From: Mobula hypostoma
Lineage: Eukaryota
DNA length: 64,000 bases
Reading direction: 5' to 3'
Assembly (NCBI RefSeq): GCF_963921235.1
Contig: NC_086108.1
Location: 82,338,001 to 82,402,000 of the forward strand
Of this stretch, positions 41,230 to 52,800 are shown piece by piece. Each line of letters starts with the position of its first letter. Position 1 is the stretch's first letter. The notes under the pieces were generated by a model that searched no databases, was not told where the DNA came from, and was given only the letters and a program-made list of their open reading frames with translations. A program made the position numbers and the translations under genes.

Positions 41230-42840
41230 AGGAACCTCTAATCAGTTCCCCTCTACCACCACTCTGCTCCATCCAGCGGAATTAGTCCTTACTCTTAATA
41301 ATTTCTCCTTTGGCTCCTCCCACTTCCTCCAAATTAAAGGTGTAGCCACGGGCACCCGTATGGGTCCTAGCTATGCCTGCCTTTTTGTTGGCTTTGTGGA
41401 ACAATCTATGTTCTGAACCTATTCTGGTATCTGTCCCCCACTTTTCCTTCGCTACATCGATGACTGCATTGGCGCTGCTTCCTGCACGCATGCTGAGCTC
41501 GTTGACTTCATTAACTTTGCCTCCAACTTTCACCCTGCCCTCAAGGTTACCTGGTCCATTTCCGACACCTCCCTCCCCTTTCTAGATCTTTCTCTGTCTC
41601 TGGAGACAGCTTACCTACTGATGTCTACTATAAGCCTACTGACTCTCACAGCTATCTGGACTATTCCTCTTCTCACCGTCTCTTGCAAAAATGCCATCCC
41701 CCTCTCGCAATTCCTCCGTCTCCACCGCATCTGCTCTCAGGATGAGGCTTTTCATTCCAGGACGAGGGAGATGTCCTCCTTTTTTAAAGAAAGGGGCTTC
41801 CCTTCCTCCACCATCAACTCTGCTCTCAAACGCATCTCCCCCATTTCACGCACATCTGCTCTCACTCCATCCTCCCGTCACCCCACTAGGAATAGGGTTC
41901 CCCTGGTCCTCACCTACCATCCCACCAGCCTCCGGGTCCAACATATTATTCTCCGTAACGTCCGCCACCTCCAATGGGATCCCACTCTCTGCTTTCCGCA
42001 GGTATCGCTCCCTACGCGACTCCCTTGTCCATTCGTCCCCCCAATCCCTCCCCACCGATCTCCCTCCTGGCACTTATCCTTGTAAGCGGAACAAGTGCTA
42101 CACATACCTTTACACTTCCTCCCTTACCAGCATTCAGGGCCCCAGACAGTCCTTCCAGGTGAGGCGACACTTCACCTGTGAGTCGGCTGGGGTGATATAC
42201 TGCGTCCAGTGCTCCCGATGTGGCCTTCTATATATTGGCGAGACCCAACGCAGACTGGGAGATCGTTTTGCTGAACACCTACGCTCTGTCCGCCAGAGAA
42301 AGCAGGATCTCCCAGTGGCCACACATTTTAATTCCACATCCCATTCCCATTCTGATATGTCTATCCACGGCCTGTAAAGATGAAGCCACAACACCTTATA
42401 TTCCGTCTGGGTAGCCTCCAACCTGATGGCATGAACATTGACTTCTCTAACTTCCGCTAATGCCCCACCTTCCCCTCGTACCCAATCTATTATTTATTTA
42501 TATACACACATTCTTTCTCTCTCTCTCTCCTTTTACTCCCTCTGTCCCTCTGACTATACCCCTTGCCCATCCTCTGGGTTCCCCCCCCCTTGTCTTTCTT
42601 CCCAGGCCTCCTGTCCCATGATCCTCTCATATCCCCTTTGCCAATCACCTGTCCAGCTCTTGGCTCCATCCCTCCCCCTCCTGTCTTCTCCTATCATTTT
42701 GGATCTCCCCCTCCCCTTCCCACTTTCAAATCTCTTACTAACTCTTCCTTCAGTTAGTCCTGACGAAGGGTCTCGGCCCGAAACGTCAACTGTACCTCTT
42801 CCTAGAGATGCTGCCTGGCCAGCTGCGTTCACCAGCAACT
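41230..42840 (+). mobile_element. Penelope-like retroelement (RT C-half, GIY-YIG endonuclease, terminal repeat)
   Basis: GxxMG and FxRYIDD RT motifs at DNA level (cttcgctacatcgatgac). Peptides AIPLSQFLRLHRICS and VIYCVQCSRCGLLYIGETQRRLGDRFAEH (GIY-YIG). Frameshifted. Confidence 0.92.
42751..42792 (+). ncRNA. Putative minimal type I hammerhead ribozyme motif in the Penelope terminus
   Basis: CTGACGA (42760-66), stem II GGG/CCC around TCTCGG, GAAA (42780-83), then CGTC. Imperfect stem I TAGTC/AACTG. Confidence 0.6.
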
Positions 42841-42952
42841 TTAAAGGAGCATTATTACCTCGTTTCTGAACCATGATGCAGCTTTTAGATGTAAAGAAGT
42901 TTTAATGTGCAGCCGCAGTTGTTGAAGCACCAGCTGATCTCTGACTTTTCAC

Positions 42953-43403
42953 TGTACTGCTCTCGCCGAGGTGTCGTAACATCAACTAGAGTTACTAGAC
43001 AGTCAGTCGAACTCCGTTCATAAATGGCGTGAGAGTCAGGGTATAGCCTCCCAGCTTTTGGGTTTTATTGCAGACTCAATGGCATGACATAGTGAGTAAG
43101 GAGTAAAACTGAGAAACGAAATACAGTGCAGTTATCACGTTGTTCCATTCACACAAGTAAATATACACAGATAAGTAAGAACGTAGTTAAGTTTCCTGCA
43201 GGTAAATATTATAAGATTCCGATAAGAAAATACTACAGGTAAATAGTATGTATAAACCATTAGCATCTAGGTTAGTGTCTAACAAACTCAAAAATAGCAT
43301 TCTATTTCAGCAAAATCTTATTGATACCTGTAGATTAACTTCTAAACAATATAACATCAACTTGTAGGCAATGCTTTCTGCCGGAGAAGCACCAGGATGG
43401 CTT
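42953..43403 (-). mobile_element. LTR segment (putative 5' LTR, continues at about 56115-56274)
   Basis: Starts TGTAC and repeats 37138-37373. It is split by a CR1, and the resumed segment ends ...GAGCA. Confidence 0.55.
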
Positions 43404-45867
43404 TAGAAACACAGAAAACCTACAGCACAATTCAGGCCCTTCGGCCCACAAAGCTGTGCTGAACATGTCCTTACCTTAGAACTACCTAGGTTACCCAAGC
43501 CCTCTATTTTTCTAAGCTCCATGTACCTATCCAGGAGTCTCTTAAAAGACCCTATCGTATCTGCCTCCACTACCACCACCGGCAGCCCATTCCATGCACT
43601 CACCACTCTCTGTTTAAAAACTTACCCCTGACATCTCCTCTATACCTGCTTCCTATACCGGTATCCACATGATCAATGCCTCTCATCATCCTGTACACCT
43701 CCGCCAGGTCACCTCTCATCCTCCGTTGCTCCAAGGAGAAAAGGCCGAGTTCACTCATTACACATGCTCCCCAGTCCAGACAACATCCTCTGCACCCTTT
43801 CTGTGGTTTCCATGTCCTTTCTGTAGTGAGGTGACCAGAATTGAGCACAGTACTCCAAGTGGGGTCTGACCAGGGTCCGATATAGCTGCAAAATTACCTC
43901 TCAGCTCTTAAACTCAATCCCACAATTGATGAAGGCCAATGCACCATGTGCCTTCTTAACCACAGAGTCAATCTGCATAGCAGCTTTGAGTGTCTATGGA
44001 TTCGGACCCCACGATCCCTCTAATCATCCACACTGCCAAGAGTCTTGCCATTAATGCTATATTCTGCCACCATATTTGACCCACCAAAATGAACCACCTC
44101 ACACTTATCTGGGTTGAACTCCGTCTGCCACGTCTCAGCCCAGTTTTGTATCCCATCAATGTCCCGCTGTAACCTCTGACAGCCCTCCACACTATCCACA
44201 ACACCCACAATCTTCGTGTCATCAGCACATTTACTAACCCATCCCTCCACTTCCTCATCCAGGTCATTTATAAAAATCACAAAGAGTAGGGGTCCCAGAA
44301 CAGATCCCTGAGGCACACCACTGGTCACTGGCAGAATATGACCCATCTACAACCACTCTTTGCCTTCTGTGGACAAGCCAGTTCTGGATCCACAAAGCAA
44401 TGTCCCCTTGGATCCCATGCCTCCTTACTTTCTCATAATCCTTGCATGGAGTACCTTATCAAATGCCTTGCTGAAATCCATCTACACTACACTGAGGATC
44501 TCACCTGGTCCCTGAACTCCTCCATCCTGATCAAAAAGGTGCAACAGTGCCTTTATTTTCTGCGGAGCATGAAGAAAGCTCACCTCTGTCCCAGGATACT
44601 GACGGACTTTTACTGCTGTACTATTGAGAGCATATTCACCAACGGCATCTCAGTGTGGTATGGCAATTGTCCTGTATCGGACTGCAAAGCACTCCAGCGT
44701 GTGGTGAAAACTGCCCACCATTGAGAACATCTACCATAAACGCTGCCTGGGCAGGGCGAAAAGCATTATCAGGGATGCATCTCACCCTAACCATGGACTT
44801 TTTACTCTCCTCCCATCCGGTAGGCGCTACAGGAGCCTCCACTTCTGCACCAGCAGGCACAGGAAGAGCTTCTTCCCTGAGGCTGTGACACTGCTGAACC
44901 TCTCATCACAGCGCTAAGCAGTATTGCATCTGTATTGTACTGTCTCAGTACTTTTATATCTGTGTGCTGTAGCTCTTTTTTTATTCGTAGTTATTTTGTA
45001 AATAACACTATTCTTTGCATTTCTGGTCAGATGCTAAATGCATTTCATTGGCTTTGTATCTGTACTCCACACAATGACAATAAAGTTGAATCTAATCTAA
45101 TCTAATCTAATCTACGTCCCTACCTTCATCAATGTGTTTAGTCATATCCTCAAAACATTCAATTAGGCATGACCTGCCTTTGACAAAGCTATTCCTCTCC
45201 AAATGTTCATAAATCCTGCCTCTCAGGATCTTCTCCATTAACTTACCAACCACTGAAATAAGACTCACTGGTCTATAACTTCCTGGGCTAACCCCACTCC
45301 TTTTCTTGAATAAGGGAACAACATCTGCAACCCTCCAATCCTCTGGAACCTCTCCCGTCCTAATTGATGATGCAAAGATCATCGCCAGAGGCTCATCAAT
45401 CTCCTCCCTCACCTCCCACAGTAGCTTGGGGTACATCCCATCCGGTCCCTGTGATTTATCCAAGTTGATACTTTCCAAAAGCACATCCTCTTCCTTAATA
45501 TCTACATTCTCAAGCTTTTCAGTTCACTGCAAGTCATCCCTACAATTGCCAAGATCCTTTTCTGTAGTGAATACTGAAACAAAGTACTCATTAAGTACCT
45601 CTGCTATCTCCTCTGGTTCCATACACACTTTTCCACTGTCACATTTAATTGGTCCTATTCTCTCACGTCTTATCCTCTTGCTCTTCACATACTTGTAGAA
45701 TGGCTTGGGGTTTCCTTAATCCTGTCCACCAAGGCCTTCTCATGGCCCCTTCTGTCTCTCCTAATTTCATTCTTAAGCTCCTTCCTGCTAGCCTTATAAT
45801 CTTCTAGATCTCCATCATTACCTTGTTTTTTGAACCTTTCATAAGCTCTTCTTTTCTTCTTGACTAG
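43404..45867 (-). mobile_element. CR1 3' portion, interrupted by Rex1 (44490-45110)
   Basis: Peptides [40 protein letters not shown] and LVKKKRRAYERFKK. Confidence 0.9.
44490..45110 (+). mobile_element. Rex1/Babar 3' fragment nested in CR1
   Basis: Peptide EDLTWSLNSSILIKKVQQCLYFLR...TIESIFT..VWYGN, then aataaa and an (aatct)n tail. Confidence 0.88.
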
Positions 45868-46150
45868 TGTCACGTACCCTGTGACGGGGATAAAGAAACC
45901 AGCAGAGATGGAAAACACTTTGGAGTCTCGTATTGCTATAAACTACTAATATTTATTAGTAACTACGCAATACAGTAATATAAATGTACATAAATCAACC
46001 AGGTTAGCAATGATTATATATAAAATTAAGTGTGGAATATATATGTATGAAAACAAAGCTTCTTTAAGTCTAGGGGTAAAAAGATACAGGCTTACGATGT
46101 TGAGTAAAGTTCAGTTCAGTTCAGTTCGTGGTATGTAGTTGAGTAGTGAT

Positions 46151-46152
<2 letters not shown>

Positions 46153-46192
<40 letters not shown>
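46153..46192. repeat. (GA)n microsatellite
   Basis: About 19 units. Confidence 0.95.
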
Positions 46193-46194
<2 letters not shown>

Positions 46195-46756
46195 TGAGTT
46201 GAGTCTTCAGGTGAGCTGATGCTGTCGATCTCCTCGTCGTCCTCCGAAATCCTTTTCAAGTCACCGACTGTGACTTTAACCAGGGGGACCGGTTTTCCTG
46301 TGGTGGAGCTATCACCCCGGCAAGGATGGACACATGGACAACGCCCCACCAGTCAACCCCTTCTCCTACGTTGGAATTGTGATTTGGAATCGATCCACCT
46401 GATCGATCCTCTAAAACCCACTTTCTCTGCGGGCACAACAATACCCATTCAGTGTCCAGATCATGTGTTCGAGGTCTGTATCATCTGACCTCCCATTTAT
46501 TTCACCAGGCTGAGCATCACCTGTCATTCAAAGAGTCCCTCCTTCCTTTGTCTGTAAAGAAATGCAAGCAGGCAACCTGTCCTTGAAGAAATATCAACGA
46601 CCTGCTGAAAATCATAACATCGAGTGTCCATTAAATAACATCGCCTTCGGTCACCATAGCAACTTACGAGCTGCTCGGTGCTGTCTCCAACTCCAAACTC
46701 AGTAAAAATCCAAAGCTACTTCCAATGCCTTAAAGTGACAGTCCAACCGTGGATCT

Positions 46757-46760
<4 letters not shown>

Positions 46761-46788
<28 letters not shown>
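46761..46788. repeat. (CT)n microsatellite
   Basis: About 14 units. Confidence 0.95.
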
Positions 46789-46791
<3 letters not shown>

Positions 46792-46816
46792 CCAAAAGCA
46801 ATCGTCCAGGCAAGAC

Positions 46817-49800
46817 GAGGCTGGAGTCTTAGAGACTTGAGGCGAGGCTTGGCAGGAGGCAGGAGACCTGAGGCGAGGCTTGGCAGGAGGCAGGAGTCTT
46901 CAGGCTTGAGGCTAGGCAGGAGGCTGGAGTCTTCAGTCTTGAGGCTTCAGGCTGGATACTAGGCTGGGGGCTAGGCAGGAGGCTGGAGGCTTGATCGGAG
47001 GCCAGAGGCTGGAGGTCGGAGGCTTGGCCGGAGGCTGGAGGCTTGGCCGGAGGTCGGAGGCTTGGCCGTAGGCTGGAGGCTTGGCTGGAGGCCGGAGGCT
47101 TGGCTGGAGGCTTGGCCAGAGGCTGGAGGCTTGGCTAGAAGATGGAGGCTGGAGGCAGGAGGCTTGGCTGGAGGCTGGAGGCCAGAGGTCAAAGGCTTGG
47201 CTGGAGGCTGGAGGCTGGAGGCCAGAGGTTGGAGGCTTGGCCGGAGTCTGGAGGCTGGAGGCTTGGCTGGAGGCTGAAGGCTTGGCCAGAGACTGGAGGC
47301 TGGAGGCCAGAAATCGGAGGATTGGCTGGAGGACGGAGGCTGGAGGCTTGTCTGGAGGCCGGAGGCTGGAGGCTTGGCCAGAGGCCAGAGGCCGGAGGCT
47401 GGAAGTCAGAGGTAGGAGGCTTGGCCGGAAGCTGGAGGCTGAAGGCTTGGCTGGAGGTCGGAGGCTGAAGGATTGGCCAGAGGCTTGGCTGGAGGCTTGG
47501 CCGGAGGTCGGAGGCTTGGCCGGAGGCTGGAGGCTTGGCTGGAGGCCGGAGGCTTGGTCGGAGGTCGGATGCTTGGCTGGAGGCTTGCCTGGAGACCGGA
47601 GGCTTGGCCAGACGTCGGATGCTTGGCCAGAGGCTGGAGGCTTGGCTGGAGGCCGGAGGCTTGGCCGGAGGCCGGAGGCTTGGCCGGAGGCTGGAGGCTG
47701 GAGGCCGGAGGCTGGAGGCTTGGCCAGAGGTTGGAGGCTTGGCCGGAGGCTTTGCTGGAGGCTGGAGGATGGAGGCTGGAGGCTTGGCCAGAGGCCAGAG
47801 GCTGGAGGCTTGGCCGGAGGCTGGAGGCTGAAGGATTGGCCGGAGGCTGGAGGCCGGAGGTCAGAGGCTTGGCCGGAGGCTGGAGGCTGGAGGCTTGGCC
47901 GGAGGCTGGAGGCTGAAGGATTGGCCTGTGGCCGGAGGCTGGAGGCTGGGGGCCGGAGGTCGGAGGCTTGGCTGGAAGCTTGGCCAGAAGCCGGAGGCTG
48001 GAGGCTGGAGGCTGGAGGCCGGAGGTCGGAGGCTTGGCTGGAGGCTGGAGGCTTGGCCGGAGGTCGAAGGCTTGGCCGGAGGCTGGAGGCTAGGCTGGAG
48101 GCCAGAGGCCGGAGGCTGGAGGCTTGGCCGGAGGCTTGAGGCTGGAGCCTGGAGGCCGGAGGCTGGAGGCTTGGCTGGAGGTTGAAGGCTTGGCTGGAGG
48201 CTTGGCCAGAGGCCGGAGGCTAGAGGCTGGAGGCCAGAGGTTGGAGGCTTGGCCAGAGTCTGAAGGCTGGAGGCTTGGCCGGAGGTCGGAGGCTTGGCCG
48301 GAGGCTGGAGGCTTGAGGCTGGAGCCTGGAGGCCGGAGGCTGGAGGCTTGGCCAGAGGCTGGAGGCTTAACTGAAGGCTTGGTTGGAGGCTTGGCCGGAG
48401 GCTGGAGGCTGAAGGCCGGAGGCCAGAGGTCGGAGGCTTGGCCGGCGGCTGGAGGCTGGAGGCTGGAGGCTTGGCTGGCGGCTGGAAGCTGGAGGCTTGG
48501 CCGGAGGCCGGAGGCTGGAGGCTGAAGGCTTGGCTGAAGGCTTGGCCGGAGGTCTGAGGCTTGGCCAGAGGCTGGAGGTCAGAGGCTTGGCCGGAGGCTG
48601 GAGGCTGGAAGCTGGAAGCCAGAGGTCGGAGGCTTGGCTATAGGCTGGAGGCCGGAGGTCGGAAGCTTGGCTGGAGGCTGGAAGCCAAAGGTCAGAGGCT
48701 TGGCCGGAAGCTGGAGGCTGGAGGCTTGGCCGGAGGCTGGAGGCTGGAGGTCAGAGGCTTGGCTGGAGGCTGGAGGCTTGGCCGGAGGTCGAAGGCTTGG
48801 CTGGAGGCTGGAGGCTTGGCTGGAGGCTTGGCCGGAGGCCGGAGGCTTGGCTGGAGGCTGGAGGCCAGAGGCTGGAGGCTTGGCCGGAGGCTTGAGGCTG
48901 GAGCCTGGAGGCCGGAGGTCGGAGGCTTGGCTGGAGGCTGGAAGCCAGAGGTCGGAGGCTTGGCCGGAAGCTGGAGGCTGGAGGCTGGAGGCCGGAGGTC
49001 GGAGGCATGGCCGGAGGCCGGAGGCTGGAGCTTTGGCCAGAGGCTGGTTGCTGGAGGCTGGAGGCCAGAGGCCGGAGGCTGGAAGCCAGAGGTCGGAGGC
49101 TTGGCCGAAAGCTTGAGGCCAGAGGCTTGGCTGGAGGCTGAAGGATTGGCCGGAGGCTGGAGACTGAAGGATTGGCCGGAGGCCGGAGGCTGGAGGCTTG
49201 GCCGGAGGCTGGAGGCTGAAGGCTTGGCCGGAGGTCTGAGGCTTGGCCAGAGGCTGGAGGCTGGAGGCTTGGCCAGAGGCCGGAGGTCGGAGGTTTGGCC
49301 GGAGGATGGAGGCTTGGCTGGAGGCTGGAGGCTGGAAGCCAGAGGTCAGAGGCTTGGCCGGAAGCTGGAGGCTGGAGGCTTGGCTGGAGGCCGGAGGCCG
49401 GAGGCTGGAGGCTTGGACAGAGGCTGGAGGCTGAAGGATTGGCCGGTGGCCAGAGTCTGGAGGCTGGGGGCTGGAGGCCGGAGGTCAGAGGCTTGGCTGG
49501 AAGCTTGGGCAGAAGCCAGAGGCCGGAGGCTGGAGGCTGGAGGCCGGAGGCTTGGCCTGGCTGAAGGTCGGAGGCTTGGCCGGAGGTTGGAGGCTGGAGG
49601 TCGGAGGCTTGGCCAGAGGCTGGAGGCTGGAGGCCAGAGGCCGGAGGTCGGAGGTTTTGCTGGAGGCTAGAGGCTTGGCCGGAGGTCGAAGGCTTGGCTG
49701 GAGGCTTGGCTGGAGGCCGGAAGCTTTGCTGGAGGCTTGGCCGGAGGCTGGAAGCTTGGCTGGAGGCTTGGCCGGATGCTTGAGGCTGGAGGCCAGAGGT

Positions 49801-52800
49801 CGGAGGCTTGGCCAGAGTCCGGAGGCTGGAGGCTTAGCCGGAGGTCGGAGGCTTGGCCAGAGGCTGGAGTCTTGGCCAGAGGCTGGAGGCTTAGCTGAAG
49901 GCTTGGCTGGAGGCTTGGCCGGAGGCTGGAGGCTTGGCTGGCAGCTGGAAGCTGGAGGCTTGGCCGGAGGCTTGGTCAGAGGCTGGAGGCTTGGCCGGAG
50001 GTCTGAGGCTTGGCCGGAGGCTGGAGGCTTGGCTGGTGGCTGGAGGCCAGAGGCTAGAAGCCAGAGGTCGGAGGCTTGGCTGGAAGCTTGAGGCCAGATG
50101 CTTGGCTTGAGGCTGGAGGCTTAAGGATTGGCCAGAGGCTGGAGGCTGGAGGCTTGGCCGGAGGCTGGAGGCTTGTCTGGAGGCTTGGCTGAAAGCTTGG
50201 CCAGAAGCCGGAGGCCGGAGGCTTGGCTGGAGGCCGGAGGTCGGAAGCTTAGCTGGAGTCTGGAGGCTGGAGGCTTGGCCAGAGGCCGGAGGTCGGAGGC
50301 TTGGCCGGAGGCTGGAGGCTGGAGGCTTGGCCAGAGGCCGGAGGTCGGTGGTTTGGCCAGAGGCTGGAGGCTGGAGGCTTGGCCAGAGGCCGGAGGTCGG
50401 TGGCTTGACCGGAGGTTTGGCTGGAGGCCGGAGGTCGGAGGGTGGAGGCTTGAGGCTTGAGGCTGGAGCCTGGAGGCCGGAGGTCGGAGGCTTGGCTGGA
50501 GGCCGGAGGCTGGAGCTTTGGCCAGAGGCTGGATGCTGGAGGCTGGAGGCCAGAGGCCGGAGGCTGGAAGCCAGAGGTCAGAGGCTTGGCCGAAAGCTTG
50601 AGGCCAGAGGCTTGGCCGGAGGCTGGAGGCTTGGCCAGAGGCTGGAGGCTGAAGGATTGGCCGGTGGCCGGAGGCTGGAGGCTTGGCCAGAGGCTGGAGG
50701 CTGGAGGCTTGGCCGGAGGCTGGAGGCCAGAGGTCGGAGGCTTGGCTGGAGGCTGGAGGCTTGGCTGGAAGCTGGAGGCCGGAGGCTTGGCTGGAGGCCG
50801 GAGGTCGGAAGCTTAGCTGGAGAGGTCGGAGGCTTGCCCGGAGGCTGGAGGCTGGAGGCTTGGCCAGAGGCCGGAGGTCAGAGGCTTGGCCGGAGTCTCG
50901 AGGCTTGGCTGGAGGCTTGGCCGGAGGCTGGAGGCTTGGCCAGAGGCTGGAGGCTGGAGGCTTGGCCGGATGCTGGAAGCTGGAGGCTTGTCCGGGGGCC
51001 GGAGGCCGGAGGCTGGAGGCCAGAGGCCGGAAGCTGGAAGCCAGAGGTCAGAGGCTTGGCCGGAAGCTTGAGGCCAGAGGCTTGTCCGATGCTGGAGGCT
51101 GAAGGATTGGCCGGAGGCTGGAGGTCGGAGGCTTGGCCGGAGGCTGGAGGCTGAAGGATTGGCCGGAGGTCGGAGGCTTGGCCGGAGGCTGGAGGCTTGG
51201 CCGGAAGCTGGAGGCTGGAGGCTGGAGGCTGAAGGATTGGCCGGAGGCTGGAGGCTGAAGGATTGGCCGGAGGCCGGAGGCTGGAGGCTTGTCTGGAGGC
51301 TTGGCTGAAAGCTTGGCCAGAAGCCGGAGGCCAGAGGCTTGGTTGGAGGCCGGAGGTTGGAAGCTTAGCCGGAGGCTGGAGGCTGGAGGCTTGGCCAGAG
51401 GCTGGAGGCTGGAGGCTTGGCCGGAGGTCGGAGGCTTGGCTGGAGGCTGGAGGCTTGGCCGGAGGCTGGAGGCTGGAGGCTTGGCCAGAAGCTGGAGGCC
51501 GGAGGCTTGGCTGGAGGCCGGAGGTCGGAAGCTTAGCTGGAGAGGTCGGAGGCTTGCCCGGAGGCTGGAGGCTGGAGGCTTGGCCAGAGGCCGGAGGTCG
51601 GAGGCTTGGCTGGAGGCTTGGCCGGAGGCTGGAGGCTTGGCCAGAGGCTGGAGGCTGGAGGCTTGGCCAGATGCTGGAAGCTGGAGGCTTGTCCAGGGGC
51701 CGGAGGCTGGAGGCCAGAGGCCGGAAGCTGGAAGCCAGAGGTCAGAGGCTTGGCCGGAAGCTTGAGGCCAGAGGCTTGGCCGATGCTGGAGGCTGAAGGA
51801 TTGGCCGGAGGCTGGAGGTCGGAGGCTTGGCCGGAGGCTGGAGGCTGAAGGATTGGCCGGAGGTCGGAGGCTGGAGGCTTGGCCGGAAGCTGGAGGCTGA
51901 AGGCTGGAGGCTGGAGGCTGAAGGATTGGCCGGAGGCCGGTGGCTGGAGGCTTGTCTGGAGGCTTGGCTGAAAGCTTGGCCAGAAGCCGGAGGTTGGAAG
52001 CTTAGCCGGAGGCTGGAGGCTTGAGGCTTGGCCGGAGGCCGGAGGTCGGAGGCTTGGCCGGAGGCTGGAGGCTGGAGGCTTGGCCGGAGGCCGGAAGTCA
52101 GAGGCTTGGCCGGAGGCTGGAGACTTGGCCAGAGGCTGGAGGCTGGAGGCTTGACCAGAGGCTGGAGGTTTGGCTGGAGGCTGGTGGCTTGGCTGGAGGC
52201 TGGAGGCCAGAGGTCGGAGGCTTGGCCGGAGGCTGGAGGCTGGAGGCTTGGCCAGAGGCCAGAGGTCGGAGGCTTGGCCGGAGGCTGGAGGCTGGAGGCT
52301 GGAGGCTTGGCCAGAGGCCAGAGGTCGGAGGCTTGGCTGGAGGCTGGAGGCTTAGCCAGAGGCTGGAGGCCGAAGGCTGGAGGCTTGTCCGGGGGCCGGA
52401 GGCCGGAGGCCAGAGATCGGAGGCTGGAGGCTGGAGGCCAGAGGCCGGAAGCTGGAAGCCAGAGGTCAGAGGCTTGGCCGGAAGCTTGAGGCCAGAGGCT
52501 TGGCCGGAGGCTGGAGGCTGAAGGATTGGCCGGAGGTCGGAGGCTTGGCCGGAGGCTGGAGGCTGAAAGCTGAAGGATTGGCTGGAGGCCGGAGGTCGGA
52601 GGCTTGGCCAGAGGCCGGAGGTCGGAGGCTTGCCCGGAGGCCGGAGGCTTTCCCGGAGTCCGGAGGCTTTCCCGGAGTCCGGAGGCTGGAGGCTGGAGGC
52701 TGGAGGCTTGGCCAGAGGCTGGAGGCTTGGCTGGAGGCTGGTGGCTTGGCTGGAGGCTTGGCCAGAGGCCGGAGGCTGGAGGCTTGGCCAGAGGCTGGAG

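Noticed and set aside
42915..42952. Minus-strand TGGTGCTTCAAC as a tRNA primer-binding site
   Set aside because: It lies about 20 nt from the putative LTR end, and I cannot match it confidently to a tRNA 3' end.
37138..43203. The ~240-bp direct repeat read as a giant target-site duplication of the enclosed CR1
   Set aside because: Far longer than normal TSDs. Both copies start at a TG terminus with a poly(A) signal, so two LTR copies is the simpler reading, though a TSD is not formally excluded.
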